From Octopus vulgaris (lineage: Eukaryota), in contig OX597817.1 of the NCBI GenBank assembly GCA_951406725.2, positions 158,720,001 through 158,784,000 on the forward strand: a stretch of DNA of 64,000 nt, read 5' to 3'. Below the pieces are notes generated by a model that ran no database searches, was not told where the DNA came from, and saw only the letters and a list, made by a program, of their open reading frames with translations. This document shows, piece by piece, positions 24,375-36,390 of the stretch; position 1 is the stretch's first letter, and each line of letters opens with the position of its first letter. A program made the translations under genes and the position numbers.

Positions 24375-26269
24375 TTAAGTAATGAATGCCTTTATATTAC
24401 AGAGGGAAGCAAAGTGCATACCCAACAGTTATACAGCTCAAGCAGAATTAAATGAACAGTTTCTTGGTGAACAAGAAACAAGCCTTGAAGGGCTAAGTCA
24501 ACAAGATATTAAAATAACATTACTCTTGACTCTTTGAACCACCACCAGCATCACCACCTCTAAATTGGATTTCAATGCAAAGAACAGGAGAACTTTTGAA
24601 GCCAATAATAATTTCAACATGGCAGTGTTTGCTTTTGTGATATCTGTAAATAAACAACAGATAAATATTACCATTATCTTATGTAATATGTTTGGTTAAT
24701 GGAACACTGCTAGTCAGTATCTACTGTTTCATTTCAGGTCATAACATATTCAGGAAAATGATGACTATCACAACTTCAGTTCTCCCCACCATTAAAAACC
24801 TTATACTACATGCCTATGTGAAAAAACTATTATTACTACAGGTGTTGGACTGTAACTTCATTTTCTAACCAAAGTTTGCAAACAGGTTTCTATCTTCAAT
24901 AGAAAATACTTCAGCTTGGTTGCTTAAATGTTTGACAAAAACATAAACATTAAAAAATTAATTTCCTTCTTCTCTTGTATGAGAGCTCATGTCACACATA
25001 CATTAAGGCAGAAATCAAAAGTGTGATAGCCAAATAGATAAGATAGTAGACTACCTACTTAGGGGTTCAGAATTTAAAACCCACCATTTGTGTTTTTAGC
25101 TGTGTTACTGGAGGAAATCCCTTATCTGAAGTACTTTAGTTTACTTAGCATCCAAGAAGCAATGAGAACATTTGGAAAGGTTACATGCAATAGACTAATA
25201 TCTTATCCAAGAGTATATTTATTCATCTGCTCACCACCATAAAACCAGAAATAAGCAGCAATCCTTAAAAGCTCTTTAGTTTTCAGAAGTTTTTCTTTTT
25301 TCTTTTGTTTTCTTTTTTACATACACTATTAGGTAACAGTTAGCTCAGAAATGAATAGCAGAAAAAGGCAAAGTTAGAAAATAAAATGAAACAAAAACAA
25401 AATGACAAGCCTACTATATGAAGGGAGAGTGACAGAGATATAGAGAATACCATAACCATGGGTTCAAAACAGGATGTTTTTCAGCTTTGACTGAAAAACA
25501 ATTTGGAGAATGAGTAATAAAAACAAATAGACAAAAATAAAAAGCAAAAGAGAATTTATAGCATCAGTGGGAACAGCATACCACAGAATGGCATTCCAAA
25601 GTGGCATCCTGTGCTGATTTAGTTTCACATCTTCCTCTAGAAAATCTGCAGTTTGCTATCAATGAAGCTAATGAGGTCTCGTTACTGTTTATTCCTACGT
25701 ACTGGGGCTTCTGAGCAGCCGTTTCAACTGAATGTATATGACTGAAGTTTCAAAAGTTAGTCAGTCACGAGAAACTTAACTGTAGCTGTCACCTTGTCAT
25801 GCCTTTCAGTCTAATAAAAGATTTGTTGCCAACATATAAAATAATATGGTGGACCAAGAAAATTTGGCTAATTAAAAATATGTCTGGTGAAGAGAAAGAA
25901 TTCACAACTAAAATTCTGGTTGAGAAAGGCAAGGGAGATAACTTTGATATGAAAATAAAAACAATGATGGCAATATGTTAGATAATATATTGCCACTGTC
26001 ATCATCATCATCATCATCTACCATCATGTTGACATTGATTAGATGGTTCACAACAGGATCCAGTGAGCCACAGAACTGCATCCAGCTGTAATGTCTCCTT
26101 TGGAATGGTTTCCATGGCTCAATGTTCTTTCTAGTTGTTCTTTCAGAGTGTATTGGATGGCTTTTTTTGTTTTTGTTTACATTCTGTAAAGTGGTTGGCA
26201 TTAGGAAAGGCATTAAGTTGTAATATACATATAACATTGTAGCGGGATCACTGCCAGAGAAGCTGTCTG

Positions 26270-26645
26270 GCACGTAAAGAGCACCATTTGAGCATGATCA
26301 TCGTCAGCTTCGCCTCACTGGCACTTGTGCCGGTGGCACGTGAAAAAAACATTCGAGCAAGGTCATTGCCAGTGCTGCTGAACTGACTCCTGTGCAGGTG
26401 GCACATAAAAATCACCATTTTTGAGCGTGGCTGTTGCCAGTACCGCCAGACTGGCCCTTGTGCCGGTGGCACTTTAAAAGCACCCACTACACTCTCGGAG
26501 TGGTTGGCATTAGGAAGGGCATCCAGCTGTAGAAACTCTGCCAGATCAAATTGGAGCCTGGCGCAGCCATCTGGTTTGCCAGTCCTCAGTCAAATCATCC
26601 AACCCATGCTAGCATGGAAAGCGGACGTTCAACGATGATGATGAA
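26270..26645 (+). mobile_element. Family D element (subfamily 2)
   Basis: About 65-bp GTGCCGGTGGCAC units, core and GAT tail. Confidence 0.85.
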
Positions 26646-27136
26646 CATTGATTTATATGGGAACTACAACAGCCATAATGGTAGGCAAGGAGCAGGGTTT
26701 AGAAAACAGTTGAGGTGTGTTTTGAGGATTACAGGCCATGCTTGGAGTAAATATGTCAGTTGAATATTTCAGTGGACATCAAGCTAGTTAATTCATGTAT
26801 GTCTGATTTGGGAGATGAAATACAGAGTTGTGGTGGTGATCAGACCAGTCAAAATACTGTCAGATATTTTCATGGAATGGCATTTCAACAAATTTAGACA
26901 TTTATAAACAGTTGGAACTAACTGCTTTTAGAAGTGGGCACTCTCATTTTCTTTAACCACTCCAACAAGAATTAATAGTACATCTGTCAACCATGCAAAA
27001 AAGAGAAGAGTGTAATAACACACCAGGTGATGTTGAATGAATGAATGAATAACAGAAATAAATGCACAACACAGCTGACCAATCATTTGATTTGGTTGGT
27101 TTAGTTTCCATATATGCGTGCATGTCTTTCAGAATC

Positions 27137-27538
27137 GTTGGTTGGCATCCTTTCTGTCTCGGAAGACAATGGAGTTGTGCACAAAGTAGTCTAGTCCGGC
27201 TTTTATATTTCATGTCCTGATACATTTCCTGCTGTGGCTGTGTAGTCCTATCCTGGACAAACACTCCCTCTGGCAGGTACCGCAAATGTAGCGAAGACTG
27301 TTCCTGGCTGGTTGTAGTGCCATAGTCTCTTGTTGACGTCTCTTCCTTTCTTTCCATTTCTCCTCTCTCTCTCTCTCTCTGTCACTCCTTTGTATTCCCT
27401 CTTTTACGGTACGTCGCCATTATCCACGGTTGCCGGCAACTGCCTCCCAACCGCTAATATTGATGTTGCAGGCCTTCATGTCCCTTTTGCAAACATCCTT
27501 GTAACGTAAGATCGGTCTACCCACAGACCTAGTACCCA
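27137..27538 (-). mobile_element. 5'-truncated RTE (BovB-like) LINE with C-terminal C2H2 finger
   Basis: GRPILRYKDVCKRDMKACNI..CGTCQRECLSRIGLHSHSRKC; perfect 16-bp TSD CATGTCTTTCAGAATC (27121-27136, 27539-27554). Confidence 0.88.
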
Positions 27539-27913
27539 CATGTCTTTCAGAATCACTACGAAGGAAAATAGTTCAGACAACTGCAAGGCTGTAAAGTTTA
27601 TTTATTGAAAGAAAATTAAAGAAAAATTTTACGGAATCTTGTTGCTGTTGTTGTTATTGTTGTTGACATAGCAGATCACAGTCTGCAATGAGAAATTCTA
27701 AAATTTGACATTCTCACATGACAACTTTCAGTTATAATTGGTTACTTATTAAACCAAATCATATTCATGCTACATACAACGACTCTGTTGTTGTTGTTTT
27801 CCTCCCTCTTAGAATTTAATAGATGGTGCATTTTGAAAGACAACATATCTGAAGCTTATTTCGTTTTGGGATTTGGTTTGCAAGATTCTTTATATGAGTT
27901 CGTGTATTGAAGC

Positions 27914-28100
27914 ATATTCTGTTGTGTCTGGATAGTCATTTTCTTTTTGTGCCTTATTTAACACACTCACCAGTAAAAATTTCCACTTATTTCATATTTT
28001 AGGAGAATAAAAATATGAAATAAGTGGAAATTTTACCAGTGAGTGTGTTAAATAATAAGGCACAAAAAGAAAATGACTCTCCCCAGACACAACAGAATAT
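27914..28100. repeat. Inverted repeat (about 88-bp arms) within a TSD-bounded insert
   Basis: Flanking duplication ATATCTGAAGCT. Confidence 0.9.
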
Positions 28101-30116
28101 CTGAAGCTCTTTTCCAAAAGGTAGGAGAGTACTGGCATTTGGTCTGTTAAGATATAATGAGGTCAGTAATCCTCAATACAAGTGGATATGTGGCCACTCG
28201 TCCTTATCTCAATCAGGTTTATAACAACACCCTTATCACAACCAACACCAGCTGATTAAAAACAGACTAACAAAGTGATAATGGGAAACAACACACTTGG
28301 TCAAAAACCAAATGTTTGACTTATTTCACATTGATTGGAAGCTATCTTACTCCCTCTCCATACAGGCATGATTCCAAAATAGATATATGCAATTAGCAAA
28401 TGGTCTAGACCAGATGTAACCTTAAAGGAATATATTATGGAAAAGGCTATAACAGAGTGTGGTGACCCTGACATATTGTCATCTGAGAAGAGTTGTTGCA
28501 TAAAATGTAGGCTAACAGCAAGGAAAACTTATGTAGACAGGCATCACTTTACACACAATGAAAACAGTAAATTCATTCACAACAAACTGGCAGTCAATAA
28601 ATAAACAAATACATGCTAATTTGAGAGATCATATATTCTCAACTGTGATTCACGCATCTACGACAGTGTTCCTTATTCATTTGTTTTGATTTGAACAGTG
28701 ATAAGTAACAAAAAAAAAAAAAAAATGGTAGTGGGGCTGGAATGGAAAAGATTTCAAGGGAATCTGAGAACAGGATCCTGTCACTGAATCCAGTCTGTGT
28801 TAAACAAACATCACTTGCCTTCAAAATTTGGTGGACCACCATTCAAGCCTTTGGGGACTGTTTTAGAAGAATTTACTTTAGATTGGGTTTTGGTAGCTAA
28901 ACAACAACAACATACCCCAATGAATTGATACACCCAGGATCTGGTAAGTACAATAAAAAAAAAAAAATAGCACCTTGCCCTACCATACCCTTACATAAAT
29001 TCTCTTTGCTCTCTTCACAGTTCAGTCTACTGGCACCATTTGTCCTAGATTTTATTATTGAGAATTGTAACTTGTAGAAAAGATTGTCAGGAGATCTGAG
29101 AGTTTCAAAGATTTCAAATAGACCAAAACAGAGTTGCTTTAAAGCAGACACTGAATAAGATTACCTCCACAAATATAAACAACAGCGAAAGCATAGTAGA
29201 GAGTACAAACTTTCAGTTAGAGACATACATGTGTGTGTGTGTATACATACCGGATTATGAATACATGTTTATACATGTATATATGAGAGTACACGGGTAA
29301 AATATGTCTACATGTATGAATGAACATTGTATATGTATACCCTTATATATACATTCAATTACGAGTGCCCTTGTACATGCATGCATTTGTAACATTGCAT
29401 ATCCATGCATCAGTATATGCCATCATATATACAGACATTTATGTATACATGAAACAAGCTCAGACTCATAGCAGTCCTCAAGCTTTTCCCAAACTATTGC
29501 CCTTTCTTCTTTTACTAACACATTTTCAACAACCTCTTGCTGCAATTCAGTGCTCCCCCATTTTTAATGTGCACGCATGTAATATCAGCCTTGAATAATT
29601 TAGTTCCGGCTGCTAGTTTGATGTGGGTGGCTACTTATCACAGCACCACCCTACTATAAGCAAATATTTGATGCATCACAACTTGATCTTAGTTATTGAC
29701 CGAACTTTTAGCATAGTGCTTTTCAAACGTCTTTTTAACCATTGTACTTTTCTATTAAACACATTCTTTCAACACCCGCTTCCTATGATTCAACAAAAAT
29801 ACACCCTAAAAATACCGCTGCTGACAAGTTCATCACCATTAACAATATGGAATGTCAAAACATTTTCCACCACTAATGTATAACCATATGCTTCATACAC
29901 AGAATAAAAACTGAAAATAGTTTTGGAAATCAGGATCATTAAAAGATGCATCTATCGCCCATTACAAGCCCCTTTGTCCCTCCAGGGTGTAGTATAGCCC
30001 ACTTTGAGAATAAAAGGACCAGCCAAGTACTGGGATCAATAGTACTGACTAGTCCCTCATACTCAAAATTGCAGGCCTTGTGTTTAAATCATAAACCTTA
30101 TATATATATATATATT

Positions 30117-30158
30117 TAATTTTAATAATAATTATTACCTTTGAAGGTCTAATGTATG

Positions 30159-30202
<44 letters not shown>

Positions 30203-30240
30203 CATTAGACCTTCAAAGGTAATAATTATTATTAAAATTA
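30117..30240. repeat. Perfect palindrome (about 44-bp arms) around (TA)n
   Basis: TAATTTTAATAATAATTATTACCTTTGAAGGTCTAATGTATGTA and its reverse complement. Confidence 0.9.
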
Positions 30241-31575
30241 TAACTTAGGGTACCTATGAGATACAGCCATATACATACATTAGTATATTTTTGTATATGT
30301 ACCTTTGTATACATGTGTATGTGAACAGAACATTTCCAGTACTTAGTAATAACTTATCAAAATTTTAAAAAGTCAAAGAAAACCAAATAAGTATGTAAAC
30401 TTTACCGAGAAGAACATTAGGGGAGGAGGGGGGATTGCAGTAACTATTAAGTGAAAAAAAAATAATATAAACAATAAAACAAGAAACTGACAATAAATTA
30501 TACCAACAACAATAACCCAGTTTCAATTAGTGTTTGGGTGAAAAGGAAGCTGGTAAAGATATGAAAAGGTTAACATATGACACAGATAGGATATGAGAAG
30601 GAATCGGTCAACTTGAGGAAACAGAGATTAAATGTCATGCAACACTGTTTTGCTTTTTTGCTGTGGATTTTTGTTTTTCTGTTTCATTAAAAAAAATTTG
30701 CCCCCCGCCTCCCATCGCTTTCATCAATTTATTCATTGCTGCATGAGATCAGTCAAACTCACTTTGTTGTTAAACCACAGAACATCTCATCAAATTTCGT
30801 ACCAATTTAGGAACCTTCCCTACCCAGAAATCTCTCATCTTACTTCTACTGTAATACTAACAGGTAAACAGAACAGGAGATATTCAAGAGGCAGTATCAC
30901 AATGTTGATAGGGTTCCATCGTGCTGTGTGTTCAAAAGCTCACAACTCTGCTTGCCTAAGTGAAAACAAAACACCCTTCAATAGAAATTATGAAATAAAA
31001 AAAGAAAAAAAATCCCACCAATGGGAAAAACAAATGGCTACTAAATTGCCCATAGAGTTTCTTGTCCTAATTAATAAGAGATGTGAATGTTCCTGAAGAA
31101 TCTTTCCAGGATGAGATAAATTTCCAACTGGATAAAACACACTCACACAGGCTTCTCACAAGCCTTTGTTCAGCCTACAAAGTGCCATACGGTGGGACTG
31201 AACCAAAGGACATCATGTGATGGTTGTAAATGAGCTTCACTGTCATACAAGCAAGATTGTGGGTTTCCAGTCTTCCATGAAAAACATGTCTATCTAAGGG
31301 GAAATATTGCCCTATTTGAATAACAAATATGGGTTGGCAACAGGAAGGGCATTCGGCTATAGAAAATCTGCTCCAACAAATTCCATCTGACCCTTGCAAG
31401 TATAGAAAGGTCAATGTTAAATGATGTTGATGGAATGGTTTCTTATAAAGATCTTAAATCTGAGGATTTAAAGAGATTAAATAGGAATCCATAATGTTCA
31501 TATCTTTTCCAGGGATATTAGTGTTCAAATAAGTTTCAACTTGGATGTGAAAGTGAACCATGGATTCAGTTTATA

Positions 31576-31705
31576 TTAGGTTGTCCCAAAAGTTCGTAAA
31601 CACTTGCGAAAATTGAATTTTTACTAACAAAAACAACAAAAATTATTCCTCAAAATAAAGACCATTATTTTCCAAGACTTTCTACGAACTTTTGGGACAA
31701 CCTTA
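31576..31705. mobile_element. Tc1/mariner MITE (130 bp)
   Basis: TIR TTAGGTTGTCCCAAAAGTTCGTA / TACGAACTTTTGGGACAACCTTA with TA flanks. Confidence 0.8.
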
Positions 31706-32163
31706 TATATAGAGTTTTTGTCAATCAGCATACAACAAGCTCTGCTATTGTAATGTTGACAAATCTTAGCACAGGGCCATAACATTTTGGAGATGGGGAC
31801 AATTGACAGAATCAGCCCAAGTACAAGACCTGTATTAGTTCATCAGTCCCAGAATGATGAAAAGTGAAGGTCAGTCCAAGTGAGATTCAATCTCAGAACG
31901 TTCATACAAGGATCACAAAAAATATTGTTAAGCATTTAGCCCGACACAAATAATGTCAGATAAATTAAAAGAAAAAAACCGAAACAAAGATATACAAAAT
32001 ACATAAATTTAAATGAAAATATATATATATCTCCAAATTGCAAAAACTAAAAAAATTATAGGGAGCCACTCAAGCAGGGTCAGAGTTCTTCAGAACCACT
32101 ATCAACTTAAGGTGAATACCCTTCCCTACTGAAACATTTCTTATGAAAAGATAAGGTTTTTAA

Positions 32164-32378
32164 CCCTTTCGTTACTGTATTTATTTTGAGATGCTCTGTA
32201 TTTCTTTCAATTATTTTAAATATAACAAAGAAATTAGTAAAATAACTTAGTTATCATTAAGCTAGTGTTAGGAACATTAATTGTGACTAAGGTTTGGTGG
32301 AAGATTTTAATTCAAAACTTATGAAAACAAGACATTTGTACTACAGGGCTGGTTTCAGCCGGGTTGGTAACAAAAGGG
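32164..32378 (+). mobile_element. piggyBac-type MITE, family 2
   Basis: CCCTTTCGTTAC..GTAACAAAAGGG with TTAA flanks. Confidence 0.8.
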
Positions 32379-33478
32379 TTAAAGTAGATGTGTAATTGTA
32401 ACTTTGGTGTCTTCCGAATGCTATTAGTGACAGTACAAGTGAACTGTTTATAACCTAAAGCTAGAAATTAGATCAAAGAAGTAGATTTACGTCTATTTTA
32501 CAATTTCCCAATGATAAATAGTAATGCCTTGTAATTTAAGCATATGATCACATAACTGGGGAGGTTGTTTAGTTGTTTAAGCTGACCCCAGTCATTTTAT
32601 AGATGCCCACCCCAGAAGGATGAAAGGCAAAATTGACCAGTTGACCAGTATTACCACAAGATTTAACAGACTATAAAGGGACTAAATACTACAAGGTATC
32701 AAGTTTGGTTTGCTACTGATTAAAAATATTGTTTTTAAGCAACATAGGCACAAGACCACAAAGACAGTTACTTCTACGGCTGGACATCCAGAGGCTTGAC
32801 ATCACTTTGGAGGATGCAGAGGGGCTGCTATAGGACCACCAGTAATGGAGGGGAGGGCACTGGTGAATCTAGTCAGCTCTACAAACAATGACCCCTCTGG
32901 GAATGCTAACCAGGGATGACCCCTGCCCTATCAAACATGAGCAGAGAGAGAGAGGGGGGGTGCTCCAACTACTTGAAAGAATGTAATTCATAGATACTTT
33001 TACTGTTAATTACTCCTGTGCATTTACCACATGTGAAGATTTTCTTCTGTCTGTCCCATGAGACCTCATGTACTGATATACATAAGTTCTATCTACTGCT
33101 TTGCTGCATGTCAAGCATGGACACTTATTTGATGGCAGTAGAAGATCTTTCTTCTTTCCTGCTCACTTTTATGTTAGGTCTACTTTGAGGCCTCTTGATT
33201 CTAGGCTTGGCTTCCACATCTGGAATGTCTTCTCAAAACCTACAAGAGATTCAGCTATGAAAACTAGGTCATTGGAATGCAGGAGTTCCCATATATAGCT
33301 AGTCTTGAACTCCTTTGTTATGGTCTAGTTAACTATGATAGATAGGTTATAATTATAATAAACCAGGGCTAAGAACTGAGCTTTGATGGACACCTATTCT
33401 CAGAGTAAATTTTTCATTGAACTCATTTCGGTATGACTTATCTCTCACAAGCCATTCATCTACACCTAGTTTTCTTAA

Positions 33479-33685
33479 ACCTTTCGTTACCGTATTTCTG
33501 TTGAGATGCTGTGCTTCTTTCAATTACTTTAAATATTACAAAGAATTTAGTAAAATAACTTGGTTATCATTAAGCTAGTGTTAGGAACATAAAATGTGAC
33601 TAAGGTTTGGTGGAAGACTTTAATTCAGAACTTATAGAAACAAGAATGTGTACTCAGAGCCAGAGCTGGGTTGGTAATGAAAGGG
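33479..33685 (+). mobile_element. piggyBac-type MITE, family 2
   Basis: Same body and termini with TTAA flanks. Confidence 0.75.
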
Positions 33686-34487
33686 TTAAAGGTCACCAGA
33701 TTACAGATCATGGAACCAGGATTGACAAATTCTACATATAGTGACTTACTCTTAGCTAAGATCTTCTCTTATAGCTGTCACACTAGGAAGAAAGCAAGAA
33801 CACTATCCTGACACTATTCCAAATTGCATTTTACATATCTTGAAATATATGGTTGAGGTAAGAAAAGGTGAATTCAAGAAAAAAAAGTTCAAAAAGGAAA
33901 TTGTGATTTCATCACATTGGTCAAGTGATGAAAGAACTAAAAGACCTTTGTATAAATGTAAACTATTAGCTCACTCGGAGTTCTTTCTATTCCTATTCCT
34001 GCCTCTTACAAAACCAAACCTTTTAATTCAAATTATTCACCAAAGCAATACTCAACAGCTGTAACCTTTTTCACAAGCTAAACAGCTGTCCCACAAATCT
34101 GAATCTTACCAATTTCTGTTGTTCAGACAGCTATGAAGCTGCATTGCTCAGATCCCAATAAGAGAGCGAGACTAAATGAAAGAGGTGGGGGTTTTCTACT
34201 GATCAACAGAAGGTGAGACCTGAGGTCACCTTAGCAGGAATCTAAAGAATGCCTTCAAGTTCTTTTCTTCATACTTAGAGTTACTGTTGTATTCCTATCT
34301 TCTCTTATCTCCCGCACATAGCACATTGACCTGTTAACTATCATTCCACACTAACAATGAACAAACATATATGCATTACACACACACAAACTTTGCTATA
34401 TATACACACATACACATTCTATATACAGAAATACATTCCATACACACACACATACTTTACATTCTATATAAATAGTTTATATCAAAT

Positions 34488-34885
34488 AGTGGCTGTGTCG
34501 TAAAAAGCTTGCTTTCCAACCACATGGTTCTGGGTTCAGTCCCACTGTGTGGCATCTTGGGCAAGTGCCTTCTACTATAGCCTCGAGCCAACCAAAGCCT
34601 TGTGAGTGGATTTGGTAGATGGAAACTGAGAGAAGCTTATTGTGTATGTATGTATGTGTGTGTATATATATATACATATATATATATTTGTGTTTGTCCC
34701 CTCACCATTGCTTGACAACTGATGTTGGTGTGTTTATGTCCCTGTAACTTAGCGGTTCGGCAAAAGAGTACTAAGCTAATAAATAATAAGTTTATAAGTT
34801 CTGGGGTCGATTAGTTCGACTAAAAGTAGTGCTCCATCATGGCCACAGTCAAATGACTGAAACAAATAAAAGAGTAAAAGAATAT
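34488..34885 (+). mobile_element. SINE family A
   Basis: Near full-length copy. Confidence 0.85.
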
Positions 34886-34919
34886 ATTTTCTATCAGCTG
34901 GGACAAAAACGTAGGCAAT

Positions 34920-36390
34920 CCCTAGATGAACACTCTGTAACTGTTATACTGTAGATATGTAGTAGATGATATCAATATTGTAGTTAGGGCAATCCCATGT
35001 GGTCATACTGAGTAAGCCAAGAGAAGTACGATGAAGACCATCCAGCACGTAGCTAACTCCTATCATAGTATCAAGGTAATGATAGACTATCCTACTAGGC
35101 ACCCTAACAATAGACTCCCTATCATTAATACTGAACTTTGGTTAGACACTACAAACAACGAAGTCCAACTCCTCCACTCCTATTATAAGAAACCCATAGC
35201 TTTCAAATTTGTTATTCACAAGAACTCGGCTTTATCACACAATGTAAGATAAACATTCTTATAGCAGACTAGCAGTATCGCCCGGCGTTGCTCGGGTTTG
35301 TAAGGGAAATAACTATAAAGCATTTTTAGAGAGTTATAGCCAAAAAATGGAAAAAAAATGATAGTAAATTTTTTTTAGTTAAAAAGGTCGAGTTGCGTCC
35401 CCTAGACAGTCTGTGGTTTGTGTTTCTGATTCTCGACCCCATGTCGAATTTATCGATTTTTCAGAACTGGGGGAACTTTTCAAAATTTTCGCTGCGTTAG
35501 TTTTGAATTATGACATTGGGCTATGTGTGTGTCAAGTTTCATCAGAATCGGTTGAAAGCCGTGGTCAGGGTGAGGGTACAACCTAACAGACACACAGAAA
35601 CACACAGAGACAAACTGCCGTTTATATATAGAGAGATTTAGTTAGAATAATGAACAATGTGTCCTCCACCTTCTGTGTGAACTTTATGAAATAAAGAGTC
35701 ATGCACAGGATTTTATGCACCATGTGCAGTTCTCTGGCGACAACCAGAGAGATAGGGTCAGAGTGTATGGGGGTGCTAAGAATAAGTTAGATAATATCAT
35801 AAGGATGTCAGTGGACCCACCTTAGATATCAGGACAAGCAATGGAACAGACTACAGAGAACATGATAAAGCAAACAGAATGAACATGTGGTATGAGACAA
35901 ATTTTAAGTGGTGATGTTTGTAGAGTTAACCCACAAGTTTAGGAAGGCTCTGAAGGACACCAAACTCTACAGTAAGATTGTAGAGAAACCAAGGAGGGCC
36001 ATCAGATCACGGTTATGTAAGATGTACCCCTTCAACAAGACCACATATACTGATAGGAACTGCACTGTGTGTACCTTTAACCCCTGAATAAACTGTAAGA
36101 CCAAGAATGTGGTCTACAACATACAGCGAATGGAGGGGGATTTTAAGAACCAAAATAATACATGCATCAAGGAAACTTTCAGGACTTTAGCAGAGACACA
36201 AAATGAACACCGACAAGAGCACGACAAGAGTTGTCTATACTCTAATAGCATGTTAAAGATCAACAAGGCAGCATACCAAATCGAATTAGCATCTATATCT
36301 TGTCTAAACACCCAAGAGACCCATCACTTTGACAGACACCCAAGTCTGTTCTCATAAATGACATTACCAATTCTCAATAGAAAATATGTA
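34920..36390 (+). mobile_element. Penelope-like (Neptune-type) retroelement relic: RT, thumb, Cys linker, GIY-YIG endonuclease
   Basis: RYV-VDDINIV (RT motif), DYPTRHPNNRLPIINTELW..LHSYYKKP, ADLVRIMNNVS, QFSG, KIVEKP, CTVC..CKTKNVVYNI..CIKETFRTLAETQNEH, LPILNRK; several stops and frameshifts; split by a Helitron. Confidence 0.8.
35269..35636 (-). mobile_element. Non-autonomous Helitron
   Basis: 5'-TC and 3'-CTAG ends with subterminal hairpin CCCGAGCAACGCCGGG; inserted between A and T with no TSD; removal restores PLE codons ATA GCA GAT TTA GTT AGA. Confidence 0.85.

Noticed and set aside
30632-31096. 154-aa plus-strand ORF
   Set aside because: No recognisable domain or splice context; antisense to the host gene.
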